This document shows, piece after piece, positions 46,609 to 56,137 of a stretch of DNA of 64,000 bases. This DNA is from Candidatus Methanomethylophilaceae archaeon (GTDB lineage: Archaea > Thermoplasmatota > Thermoplasmata > Methanomassiliicoccales > Methanomethylophilaceae): NCBI GenBank assembly GCA_050944155.1, contig JBMNQN010000001.1, positions 79,409 through 143,408 of the forward strand, written 5' to 3'. Position 1 is the stretch's first letter; each line of letters begins with the position of its first letter. A model generated the notes under the pieces. The model was given only the letters and a program-made list of their open reading frames with translations, was not told the DNA's origin and ran no database searches. Position numbers and translations under genes: made by a program.

Positions 46609-47871
46609 ATGATAATAGAGAAAGTATGGGCAAGAGAAGTACTCGATTCCCGCGGCAACCCCACGGTCGAGGCTGAAATAACGGTATCGGGACACAGAAT
46701 CACAGCGATAGCTCCTTCCGGAGCATCCACCGGCACGTGGGAAGCGCACGAACTCCGCGACGGAGGAAAACGCTACGGAGGAAAAGGCGTTCTCAAAGCG
46801 GTGGAAAACGTCAGAACGGAAATATCCGGAATTCTGACGGGAACCGATCCGGCCGATCAGGAAGCCGCCGACAGAGCGATGACAGAACTGGACGGCACTC
46901 CGGGCAAAACCCGTCTCGGAGCGAACGCGACCGTCGCCGTATCTCTGGCGGTCGCCAAAGCGGGGGCTATGGCCGAAGGGGTTCCTCTCTACGAACACAT
47001 CGGAAAAGGAAAAGTTCTGCCGGTGCCCATGTTCAACATAATAAACGGAGGAAAACACGCCGGCGGGAATCTGAAAATTCAGGAATGCATGCTCGTTCCG
47101 GCGGGACTTCCCAGCTATTCCGAATGTCTCAGGGCGGCTTCGGAAATCTACATGTCGCTGAAAAATCTGCTTAAGAAGAAATACGGTCCTTCCGCCGTGA
47201 ACATAGGGGACGAGGGAGGTTTCGCTCCCCCCGTAAACACCGTGTCGGAAGCTCTGGAGACGATTCTGGAAGCCGCTTCGGACGCGGGATACGCTCCCGG
47301 GAAAGAAATATTCCTGGCGATGGATGCGGCGTCTTCCGAATTTTTCGAAAACGGACGCTACGACGTGGACGGCATGAGCCTGACGGCCGTAGAGCTTTCC
47401 GACCACTATGTTTCGCTGACGAAGGAATTCCCGCTGGTAAGCATCGAAGATCCCTTTTTCGAAGACGATTTCGAAACCACCGCGCAGCTCACTAAAAAAA
47501 TCGGAAACAAAGTTCAGATTGTGGGGGACGACCTTTTCGTCACCAATACGGAACGTCTCATGCGGGGAATAAAGGAAGGCGCGGCGAACGCCCTTCTCCT
47601 GAAAGTCAACCAGATAGGAACGGTAACCGAATCGGCGGAAGCCGCAGGTGCCAGTTTTGAAAACGGATACCGCGTCATCGTGTCCCACAGGTCCGGAGAA
47701 TCCGAAGATACTTCCATATCCGACCTGTCGGTGGGATGGGGAACCGGACAGATCAAAACGGGAGCTCCCGCCCGCGGAGAAAGAACTGCGAAGTACAACA
47801 GACTTCTGAGAATCGAAGAAGAACTGGGAAGCGCCGCGGTTTTCCCCGGAAAGAAAGCTTTCGGACTCTGA
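46609..47871 (+). CDS. eno: Enolase
   Basis: REVLDSRGNPTVE, GDEGGFAP, SHRSGE and RTAKYN motifs. Confidence 0.98.
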   Translation: MIIEKVWAREVLDSRGNPTVEAEITVSGHRITAIAPSGASTGTWEAHELRDGGKRYGGKGVLKAVENVRTEISGILTGTDPADQEAADRAMTELDGTPGKTRLGANATVAVSLAVAKAGAMAEGVPLYEHIGKGKVLPVPMFNIINGGKHAGGNLKIQECMLVPAGLPSYSECLRAASEIYMSLKNLLKKKYGPSAVNIGDEGGFAPPVNTVSEALETILEAASDAGYAPGKEIFLAMDAASSEFFENGRYDVDGMSLTAVELSDHYVSLTKEFPLVSIEDPFFEDDFETTAQLTKKIGNKVQIVGDDLFVTNTERLMRGIKEGAANALLLKVNQIGTVTESAEAAGASFENGYRVIVSHRSGESEDTSISDLSVGWGTGQIKTGAPARGERTAKYNRLLRIEEELGSAAVFPGKKAFGL

Positions 47872-47875
47872 TACT

Positions 47876-49072
47876 ATGGCAAAACTTTTCATCGCCGACG
47901 AAAACGACGTCCGTTCCGGAAAGACCATGGACGTTTATTTCGAACGTACCAAACGCATCCTGGAAGCGAAGGGACTTGCGGGAACGAAGGTGTGCGCGGA
48001 ATTCACCGGCAGCGCCCTTCCCGACGGGTGGAACCGGGCAGTGTTCTGCGGACTCGAAGAAGTGATACGTCTTATGGAGGGTCTCCCGGTAAGTATAAGC
48101 GCGGTTCCCGAGGGTACGGTTTTCAGCCCCAGGACTCCGGCGAGCGTAAGGGTTCCCCTGATGAACTTTTTCGGAGCCTACACGGATTTCGGAATCATGG
48201 AAACCGCCGTGCTCGGGATGATATGCCAGGCAACCGGAGTTGCGACCAAAGCGGCACGCACAAAAATCGCCGCCAAGGGAAAACCGGTGATAGCGTTCGG
48301 AAACAGAAGGATGCACCCTGCAATCGCCGGAATGCTCGACCGTTCCGCTTACATAGGAGGATGCGACGACGTTTCGTCATGGATAGGCGCGGAGTTCATC
48401 GGAAAGGAACCTCTGGGAACCGTTCCCCACGCGCTTCCGCTTATGATGGGAAGCAACGACGCCGCTTTCAAGGCCTTCGACGAAATAATCGAACCCGGAG
48501 TTCCCAGAATAATGCTCATAGACACCTTTTCCGACGAACGCACGGCGGCCGTCGAAGCCTGCAGAACCGTCAAAAATCTTGCCGGCGTAAGGCTGGACAC
48601 GCCCGGATCCCGGCGCGGGAATTTCAAAGACCTGATAAACGAAGTCCGCTGGGAGATGGATATGCAGGGATTCGGAAAAGTGAAGATAATCGTTTCCGGA
48701 GGATTGGACGAGGAAAGCGTCGCACAGCTCGCGGACACCTGCGTTTCAGGGTTCGGAGTCGGAACTTCCATATCCAACGCCCCTACGATGGATTTCTCTA
48801 TGGACCTTGTGGAGAAAGACGGAAAACCCATATCGAAAAGAGGAAAGTTCGGCGGACGGAAATATCCGTACCGCTGTCCCGAATGTTACACCATGGGAGT
48901 TTCCCTGTCTCCCGACGACACGATAACCTGCGGCTGCGGCTGTACGATGGAAATGATTGAAAAACCGGTACTCGTGGACGGTAAGCGCGTATCCCCGGAA
49001 GTGTCTCCGGAAAACATCCGCGGATATGTCATGGAACAGCTCCGGCACATAGAAAATTCCGACGGAAAATAA
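47876..49072 (+). CDS. pncB: Nicotinate phosphoribosyltransferase (archaeal type)
   Basis: DVYFERT, FGNRRMHP, GTVPHA, VRLDTPGSRRG, SGGLD and SKRGK motifs. Confidence 0.92.
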   Translation: MAKLFIADENDVRSGKTMDVYFERTKRILEAKGLAGTKVCAEFTGSALPDGWNRAVFCGLEEVIRLMEGLPVSISAVPEGTVFSPRTPASVRVPLMNFFGAYTDFGIMETAVLGMICQATGVATKAARTKIAAKGKPVIAFGNRRMHPAIAGMLDRSAYIGGCDDVSSWIGAEFIGKEPLGTVPHALPLMMGSNDAAFKAFDEIIEPGVPRIMLIDTFSDERTAAVEACRTVKNLAGVRLDTPGSRRGNFKDLINEVRWEMDMQGFGKVKIIVSGGLDEESVAQLADTCVSGFGVGTSISNAPTMDFSMDLVEKDGKPISKRGKFGGRKYPYRCPECYTMGVSLSPDDTITCGCGCTMEMIEKPVLVDGKRVSPEVSPENIRGYVMEQLRHIENSDGK

Positions 49073-49369
49073 CGGTATTTTCTTCCGTTTTTCATACGCG
49101 GAAATGTGCTTCGGTGTTACCGAAACGGTCCCGTTAAATAGCCTGCCGCAGGCCCTTATGCACCCCTCCCATCCAGGTAACAGAAAGCTTATATGTAGTC
49201 TATAGATTGGTTAAAATGGCGCTTGCAAGGCATTGTTTGATGGGTGCAGGAGCCTTGCACGAAGCACTGTCAACTCGGGGGAAGTAAGATAGAAAATCTA
49301 TCGGAATCGGCGGAACTGTGCCTTGACGGCATTTTCAAAAACACTCTGGATTCTGTACCGGCCGGGAGT

Positions 49370-49552
49370 ATGATGAACGTCTACTGCAACTGCGGCAGAA
49401 TCGTCTGGCTGGACCGGTCCAGTATGATACTCAAACTCAGCATGGGCAAGAGCCTGGAATGCATGCAGTGCCGCAACAGAAGAATCTCGGAAGAGATAGA
49501 TTCCGTCGACAGACACTTCCGCGGAGAGGACGAAGTTTCCGCGGAATACTGA
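49370..49552 (+). CDS. Small Zn-finger protein (60 aa)
   Basis: MMNVYCNCGRIVW...LECMQCRNRRISEEID; GGGAGT directly before the ATGs. Confidence 0.75.
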   Translation: MMNVYCNCGRIVWLDRSSMILKLSMGKSLECMQCRNRRISEEIDSVDRHFRGEDEVSAEY

Positions 49553-51826
49553 TCATTCTTTTTCCGCTTTTTCCGCCGCGGGTTTTCTCCGTCCGGAACA
49601 GTCGGGGTTGATGCACTCTTCGGATTTTCCGAAAATTATCACGGGAGCTCCGCAGGCTTCGCATTTCTTATCCGTGGGCTTGATCGTACCCCTGGGTCTG
49701 AGAGGATACGTCTGAGTGCACGCAGGCCATTCGGTGCATCCCGCAAATCTTTTCCCGGCTTTGGAATACATCATTCTGATGGTTCCCTTTCCGCAGGTGG
49801 GGCAGGTACCGAGATGCGTGCGTTTCGTATTTGTGGGACATTTCGGGTCCACGCATTGGGTCAGCGGAGGGTTCCCCCGCCTTACGACGCGTATCTGCGG
49901 AAGCCCGCATTCGGGGCACAGGGATTCCAGGGGCTGCACCGAAGCTCCCCTGGGAAGGGGAAATGTGCATTTGCAGTCCGGATATCCGTCGCATCCGATA
50001 AAATTCCCGTTTCTGGATTTTTTGATCGTGAGGTTGTTCCCGCATTCTTTGCAGGTGCCTATGTGCTGCTGGGTACGCAGGGCGGCTTTGATTTCGGTAC
50101 CGATTGCTTCCTTCTCGGCCTCTATCTTGGAAGAGACGCTGTGAAGCATGTCCTGGGACTCTTTCACCACTTCGTCCAGGGTCCTTTCCCCGCTTCCTAT
50201 CCTGATCATGTCCTCTTCGAGTCTGGCGGTCATGTCGGGTTCGGTTATTCCGCCGCCGTGTTTCATGAGGGCTTTGGTCAGAGCTATCCCCCCGGCGGTG
50301 GGAACCATGTAGTTCCCCTGAACGTAATTTCTGGAGTACAGTTTGCTTATGATATCGTGTCTGGTACTCTTGGTTCCCAGCTGCAGGCGGTCCATTTCCT
50401 GAATGAGGGATCCCTGGTTGTACCTGTAGGGCGGTCTTGTTTCCGACTCTTCGAGTTCCATGGAACGGACGTCGAGAACGTCTCCCGCTTCGAGTTTGGG
50501 AACGGACACGTCTTTCGATTTGAGGTATTTGCCGTAATACTTCTTCCATCCCTTGTTTTTGAGTTTGTATCCTTCGCATTCGAAAGGCTCGCCGGCAACT
50601 TCCACCGTGCACTTCGTTACTTCGGCGGTTGCGGCCGGGGCGAGGGTGGCCATGAATCTTCTGACTATGAGTTCGTAAAGTTTCCACTTGTCCCCTTTCA
50701 TCTTGTCGGAACGGGCGACCGCGGTGGGATATATGGGCGGATGGTCGGTTGTTCTTCTTTTTCCTTTGGAAGGATAGATTTTCTCCTGTGCCAGTATCTC
50801 CTCGGCTTCCTGTTTGAAATCCGAATCTTTCAGCTTTTCGAGTATGCTTCTGAGGTTGACGCTCTTGGGATATTCTGTGTTCTCAGTACGGGGATACGAG
50901 ATGTATCCTCCCGTGTAGAGGTCTTCGGCAAGCTTCATTGCGGCCGCGGGAGGTATTCCGATTTTGTTGGCTTCGACCTGCATCTGCGTGGTGTCGAAGG
51001 GCGGAGGTCTGAATTCTTCCTTCTCTTCGCATTCGAAGGACAGAACCTTTCCGGTTTTTTCCGAAGACACTTTTTCGTAAAGGGCCTTGGCTTCCGCTTC
51101 GTTCTTGAAAGGATTTCTGGTGTGTCCGCCGGGAAATGCCAGCATTCCGAATTTTCCTTTAACGTTCCAGAAAGGTTCCGGAACGAAATTTTCGATTTCG
51201 GTGTGTCTGTCCACCAAAAGCTTGAGAGCGGGACTTTGGACTCTGCCCACGGACATGAAATTCTTGCCCACCTGTCCGGAGGCCAGGGAAATCTGTCTGG
51301 TAAGAACGGCACCCCATGAAAGATCTATGATCTGTCGTGCTTCCGCCGCGTCGGAAAGACGTTTGTCCGGAAGAACCAGGTTATCGAATGCCGCTTCCAC
51401 TTCCGCTTTGGTAAGGGCGCTGAATCTGGCTCTTTTAACTTTAGACATGTCGACGCCGGCAGCGACGACCGTCTCCATACCGATGAGTTCTCCTTCCCTG
51501 TCGTAGTCCGTGGCTATTATGACTTCGTCGGCGGAAACCGCGGCTTCCCGTATTCCCGCGAGAACGGACTTGACTTTGACGGTTTTCACCTGAGGAGCAT
51601 AAACGAGATCCGTGGGAGATCCGGCGCTCCAGTCGTTGTATTCGGCCGGATAATCCAATTCCAGTATGTGTCCGCGGAGACTTATGACATCGTAATCGTC
51701 TCCGCCGGAAGAGAAGGAAATCGCCGAGGCACCCGCAATTTTTTTCGAGGAATATTTTCCGTCGGACAGAATGGCGGAAATTCTCCGGGCGGCGTTGGCC
51801 TTCTCGGTGATAATCAGTTTTTTCAT
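49553..51826 (-). CDS. topA: DNA topoisomerase I (type IA) with C4 Zn ribbons
   Basis: IITEK, ATDYDREGE, SVGRVQSP, GYISYPRT and LGTKSTR motifs; repeated CxxC/GCxxYPxC. Confidence 0.96.
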   Translation of the reverse strand: MKKLIITEKANAARRISAILSDGKYSSKKIAGASAISFSSGGDDYDVISLRGHILELDYPAEYNDWSAGSPTDLVYAPQVKTVKVKSVLAGIREAAVSADEVIIATDYDREGELIGMETVVAAGVDMSKVKRARFSALTKAEVEAAFDNLVLPDKRLSDAAEARQIIDLSWGAVLTRQISLASGQVGKNFMSVGRVQSPALKLLVDRHTEIENFVPEPFWNVKGKFGMLAFPGGHTRNPFKNEAEAKALYEKVSSEKTGKVLSFECEEKEEFRPPPFDTTQMQVEANKIGIPPAAAMKLAEDLYTGGYISYPRTENTEYPKSVNLRSILEKLKDSDFKQEAEEILAQEKIYPSKGKRRTTDHPPIYPTAVARSDKMKGDKWKLYELIVRRFMATLAPAATAEVTKCTVEVAGEPFECEGYKLKNKGWKKYYGKYLKSKDVSVPKLEAGDVLDVRSMELEESETRPPYRYNQGSLIQEMDRLQLGTKSTRHDIISKLYSRNYVQGNYMVPTAGGIALTKALMKHGGGITEPDMTARLEEDMIRIGSGERTLDEVVKESQDMLHSVSSKIEAEKEAIGTEIKAALRTQQHIGTCKECGNNLTIKKSRNGNFIGCDGYPDCKCTFPLPRGASVQPLESLCPECGLPQIRVVRRGNPPLTQCVDPKCPTNTKRTHLGTCPTCGKGTIRMMYSKAGKRFAGCTEWPACTQTYPLRPRGTIKPTDKKCEACGAPVIIFGKSEECINPDCSGRRKPAAEKAEKE

Positions 51827-51927
51827 CAGGGCAGGCGACTATCTAAGAATTATATAATCGTTGGCGACCGAAAATATGTATCCCGAAGGCGGAAATAATA
51901 TTACCCGAACAGTACGTCTCTTTAACC

Positions 51928-52467
51928 GTGACCATAGAAGACGCGGTTTCTTCCCTCGTAAAACACAGAGGGGTGAAAAAAGTCGTAATCATCGACGATA
52001 CGATGAAAAACCGTATCAGGGAAGAAGAGAGCCAGATAGTCAGTTCTTTCGGAATGCCCGTAATCAACGAGGGTATGAGGCTCTGTTTTTCTTTCGATTA
52101 CGCACTGTGCATCTACTGCGACGTGACTTTCGAAAAGCCTGAAACGAGCACTCTGTTCATGAAAGACAGGAGCGGAAGGGTCGTGGGACAGGACGTCACC
52201 GAGGCCATGAAAGACAGCATTCCCGACAACGAAAACACCATCTGGATCTCCGACGATTTCGTGATGTATTCCAACACGGACATGGCTTCGGAAATAGATG
52301 TGGTGATGACCTCTTTCGAATACCACGGGTTCTCCGAAGAGGACGGGGTGGCCAGAGCCGCCGTGTTCTACCCCGCTCCAAGTACGGACTGCATAATCAG
52401 ATCCGCTTACGGCGGCCCCTACGAATCGGAAATCGCAACCGCAGTTATGGGCGTGAAACTTCTTTAA
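51928..52467 (+). CDS. Hypothetical protein
   Basis: 179-aa ORF with genome-like codon usage, filling the gap between topA and nikR. Confidence 0.7.
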   Translation: MTIEDAVSSLVKHRGVKKVVIIDDTMKNRIREEESQIVSSFGMPVINEGMRLCFSFDYALCIYCDVTFEKPETSTLFMKDRSGRVVGQDVTEAMKDSIPDNENTIWISDDFVMYSNTDMASEIDVVMTSFEYHGFSEEDGVARAAVFYPAPSTDCIIRSAYGGPYESEIATAVMGVKLL

Positions 52468-52910
52468 TTCTGTTTTCTGGCACCGAGATGGTGCATGTTT
52501 CCGGATTTGGGGGAAACCATGGTAAGTCTGCCTCTGAGGACGCCTCTTATGGACGTAATTTCGGATGCGAGTTTCTTCAGGGTTCCCAGGGTTCCTTCCA
52601 CGATGAGAATTTCCATGCAGCGGTCGTGATCCAGGTGCACGTGTATGGATGTGTTCACGTTTCCGACACGTTCGTGCTGAATTTCGGTGAGTCTGTCTCC
52701 CACGTTGGTGACGGTGTGGTCGTAAACCATGACGATCACTCCCACCATGTACTGATCGTCGTTTTTCCATTCGCTTTCGGCCAGAGAATCCCTCACCAAA
52801 TCCCTGATGGCTTCGGACCTGCTTACGTAGCCTTTGGTCGATATCGATTTATCGAATTCTTTCAGGAGTTCGGGTTCCAGCGAAACGCCTATGCGCGTTA
52901 TTCCTTCCAT
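52464..52910 (-). CDS. nikR: Nickel-responsive regulator NikR
   Basis: RIGVSL ribbon-helix-helix, SRSEAIRDLVR, YDH, QH and HVHLDHDRCME motifs. Confidence 0.96.
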   Translation of the reverse strand: MEGITRIGVSLEPELLKEFDKSISTKGYVSRSEAIRDLVRDSLAESEWKNDDQYMVGVIVMVYDHTVTNVGDRLTEIQHERVGNVNTSIHVHLDHDRCMEILIVEGTLGTLKKLASEITSIRGVLRGRLTMVSPKSGNMHHLGARKQN

Positions 52911-53000
52911 GGTGTCCGATTGAATTTATGAAGTAATAATACTGTCGGGTTTTTTGCCCCTAAAGGACATAATACTTGTTCGGCGATAACAACCACGTCC

Positions 53001-53795
53001 ATGGAAATACTGTCCGATGCATACGCCAGGTACGTATCCGAATCCCTGAATTCCGCCGCCGGGGAACTGCTGAGCGGAGAAAAAACGGCGGTTGCGTTCT
53101 CCGGAGGGCTGGATTCCGGCATCGTCGCCGCACTGTGCAAAAGATACGCGGAGAGCACAGTTCTGTACACGGTTGGGACCGAGAAATCCTACGACGTTCT
53201 GCGTTCGGCTTCCGCCGCGGAAGCTCTGGGTCTTAAGCACAAGTACATCGGGATAGGAACGGAGAACATAGAATCCGTTCTGAAAGAAATGATACGCGCG
53301 ACGGGAACCGAAGACCCTCTGATACTGTCGTTCGAAGTTCCCACGTTCTGCGTAATGAAACATTCCGCCGAAAAAACCGTTGCGGGAGGAATGGGCGCGG
53401 ACGAACTTTTCGCGGGATACATGAAGTATGTGGGTCTTTCCGAAAACGAATACCGGGAGATGCTTTCCGAAGACCTGCCGAGGCTGGAAAAAGCGTTGGA
53501 GTTCGAAAGGAAAGCCGCGGAGCATTTCGGAAAAAAGGCGGTCGCTCCGTTTTCCCACGGGACGGTGCGCAAAACCGTTTCGAGGATTCCTTACGAGTAT
53601 CTGTCGTCTTCCGGTCCCGCGGAAAGGAAAACCCTTCTGAAAAAAGCCGCATCGCATCTCGGATGCGGATTTCTGGCTTCCGCGGAAAAGAAAGCTGCGC
53701 AGTACGGTTCGGGAGTTTCCGGGCTCATAAAAGCCAAGGCCAAAGAGAAAGGACTTACCCTGCCGGAATACGTTTCTTCCCTGGCGGAGGATTGA
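53001..53795 (+). CDS. Asparagine synthase C-terminal-domain-only protein
   Basis: AFSGGLDS, GMGADELFAGY and KKAAQYGSG motifs; no N-terminal glutaminase domain. Confidence 0.88.
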   Translation: MEILSDAYARYVSESLNSAAGELLSGEKTAVAFSGGLDSGIVAALCKRYAESTVLYTVGTEKSYDVLRSASAAEALGLKHKYIGIGTENIESVLKEMIRATGTEDPLILSFEVPTFCVMKHSAEKTVAGGMGADELFAGYMKYVGLSENEYREMLSEDLPRLEKALEFERKAAEHFGKKAVAPFSHGTVRKTVSRIPYEYLSSSGPAERKTLLKKAASHLGCGFLASAEKKAAQYGSGVSGLIKAKAKEKGLTLPEYVSSLAED

Positions 53796-55120
53796 CTCTT
53801 TATAAGCCCGCTGATATCACGCAGTACGTGGCAACCGAAAAAGGGTCCGAAGAATTCCTTGCGTGGTTATACGGTCTGAGCAGGCACGGAATCAAACTGG
53901 GTCTCGAAAATACAAAGGAACTTTTGAGAAGACTGGGAAATCCCCAGGAGCATTTCAGAAGCGTGCACGTGGCGGGAACCGACGGAAAGGGTTCGGTGTG
54001 CGCCATGATAAATTTCATTTTGACGACGTCCGGAGTACGTACCGGGCTGTACACGTCCCCCCACATACTGAAATTCAACGAACGCATTTCCGTGTGCGGA
54101 GTTCCCATTTCCGACGCAGAGCTTTCCCGTTTGGCCGAGAGAATCGTACCTCAGGTGAACGAAATGGCCGACAGCGGAATGCTCTGCACGTTTTTCGAAG
54201 CGACGACGGCCATAGCGTTTCTGTATTTCAAGGAAAAAGGGGTGGAATACGCCGTTGCGGAAGTGGGTATGGGTGGAAGATTCGACGCCACCAACGTTAT
54301 CCTTCCGGATGTTACGGTGATAAACGGCATAAGCATGGAACACACGGAATATCTCGGAGATACCATAGAAAAAATAGCCTTCGAAAAAGCGGGAATAATC
54401 AAACCCGGGGTTCCGTGCATAACCGCAAACACCGGGCCCGCATATTCGGTAATAAAAGAGGTTGCGGAGGAGAAACGCGCTCCACTGATCGGAATAAATC
54501 CCGACGATATCGAAGTCACCGGAATAACCGATACCCATACAAATTTTTCATACGGAGGAGAGACGTACGGGGTGTCGGTACCCGGCCGCCATCAGGCCAA
54601 AAACGCGGTACTGGCTATGGAGGCGGTATCGAGACTTCCGGTATATCCCGAATGCGATATAAGAAAGGGTCTCGAATCCGTGTATTGGCCGTGCAGGATG
54701 CAGAGAATTCAGGGAACGCCGTTCATAGTGGACGTCACCCACACTTCCGCGGGAGCAAAAGATCTGTGCACCGACTGTAAAGACATATACGGCAGGGTTA
54801 CGGCGGTTCTCGGCATACTTTCCGACAAAGACGCGGACGGAATTTCCGAAAGCATATGCGGAATCGCCGAACGCGTAATCATTGCTTCCCCGAAAACTCC
54901 CCGCGCCGCTTCTCTCCGGAAAGTGAGGGATGCCCTTCTGAAGTACGGGGCGGACGTGACGGAAAAAGATTCCGTGGCCGAAGCGATGGAAGAAGCGATA
55001 AAGGTTCACGGCGATGAGCCCATTCTGGTGACAGGGTCGTTCTATACGGCAGAAGAGGCGGTAAGATGGCTGAAAAAGACATATCCCGGATGTTGGACAT
55101 ACTCTCCGAAATCTATGTGA
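53792..55120 (+). CDS. folC: Folylpolyglutamate/dihydrofolate synthase
   Basis: HVAGTDGKGS, YTSPH...ERI, EVGMGGRFDATN, EKAGIIK and TGSFY motifs; TTG start after GGAGG, overlapping the upstream TGA. Confidence 0.93.
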   Translation: MTLYKPADITQYVATEKGSEEFLAWLYGLSRHGIKLGLENTKELLRRLGNPQEHFRSVHVAGTDGKGSVCAMINFILTTSGVRTGLYTSPHILKFNERISVCGVPISDAELSRLAERIVPQVNEMADSGMLCTFFEATTAIAFLYFKEKGVEYAVAEVGMGGRFDATNVILPDVTVINGISMEHTEYLGDTIEKIAFEKAGIIKPGVPCITANTGPAYSVIKEVAEEKRAPLIGINPDDIEVTGITDTHTNFSYGGETYGVSVPGRHQAKNAVLAMEAVSRLPVYPECDIRKGLESVYWPCRMQRIQGTPFIVDVTHTSAGAKDLCTDCKDIYGRVTAVLGILSDKDADGISESICGIAERVIIASPKTPRAASLRKVRDALLKYGADVTEKDSVAEAMEEAIKVHGDEPILVTGSFYTAEEAVRWLKKTYPGCWTYSPKSM

Positions 55121-55734
55121 AAGGAGCTTATCCCGGCAGATCCTCGGAAGGTCTGAATCCGGAATGGCCCTGCGATCCCTTTCACGTTCTCATAGCGACC
55201 ATACTGTCCCAGAGGACCAAAGACGACAACACGCGCAAAGCGTCGGACCGTCTTTTCACCAAGTATCCTACGATGGAATCCATCGCCTGCGCCGATCCCG
55301 GGGACGTTGCGGAACTCATCCGTCCGGCGGGATTCCCCAAACAGAAAGCATCCGCGATAGTGAAGTGCTGCAAAATTCTGACGGAAGAATACGGCGGCAG
55401 GGTTCCCGAAGAAACGGAAAAGCTGCTGGAATTACCCATGGTGGGAAGAAAGACGGCGGCATGCGTCCGCTCCTATGCGATGTGCATCCCGTCGGTGTGC
55501 GTGGACACCCACGTTCACAGAATCGCGAACCTTATGGGACTCGTAAATACGAAAACTCCCGAAGAAACGGAATTCGCCCTGATGGAAATCACCCCCAGAG
55601 AGCGTTGGTCGGACATAAACAGATACATAGTCCGCCACGGCCAGGAGATCTGCAAACCCAACCGCCCCGGGTGCGACAGGTGTCCCGTGGCATTCATGTG
55701 CGATTACGCCGAATCCCGACAGTCCCTTATTTAA
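55066..55734 (+). CDS. nth: Endonuclease III
   Basis: LIATILSQRT, LPMVGRKTA (HhH), VDTHVHR and C-x6-CxxC-x5-C Fe-S motif. Confidence 0.95.
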   Translation: MAEKDISRMLDILSEIYVKGAYPGRSSEGLNPEWPCDPFHVLIATILSQRTKDDNTRKASDRLFTKYPTMESIACADPGDVAELIRPAGFPKQKASAIVKCCKILTEEYGGRVPEETEKLLELPMVGRKTAACVRSYAMCIPSVCVDTHVHRIANLMGLVNTKTPEETEFALMEITPRERWSDINRYIVRHGQEICKPNRPGCDRCPVAFMCDYAESRQSLI

Positions 55735-55756
55735 CGAAAGATGGCATTTCCCGTTT

Positions 55757-56137
55757 GTGCATGAGGTATCGGTCATATCGGATATCGTGAACGCGGTTCT
55801 GGAAAAGCTGGAAGAGTATAACGTCGAGTCGGTGAAATCCGTGGAAATCGTCGTCGGCGACATGACCCAGCTGGGCGAGGAACAGCTGTCTTTCGCGTAC
55901 GAAGTGGTGACCAGGGGAACCATTCTGGAAAATTCCGAACTCGTAATCGAAAGGGAACCCATCGAAGTCGAATGCAAAGGATGCGGATACAGCGGGCCCG
56001 TGAAGGTGATCGAATCGGGAGATTACGTTTCCCACTCGATACCCATACTTTCCTGTCCCGAATGCGGGGGTAAAATCAAAGTAGTGGCGGGACAGTCCTG
56101 CCGCATAAAATCCTTGGAAATAACGGAGGCTTGCTGA
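55757..56137 (+). CDS. hypA: Hydrogenase nickel metallochaperone HypA
   Basis: MHE N-terminus; CKGC...CPECG. Confidence 0.95.
   Translation: MHEVSVISDIVNAVLEKLEEYNVESVKSVEIVVGDMTQLGEEQLSFAYEVVTRGTILENSELVIEREPIEVECKGCGYSGPVKVIESGDYVSHSIPILSCPECGGKIKVVAGQSCRIKSLEITEAC

Noticed and set aside
49275-49320. Cobalamin-riboswitch-like words (GGGAA...AACTGT)
   Set aside because: The core GGTG-AA-TCC helix and downstream B12-box elements are absent; kept only as a generic structured leader.
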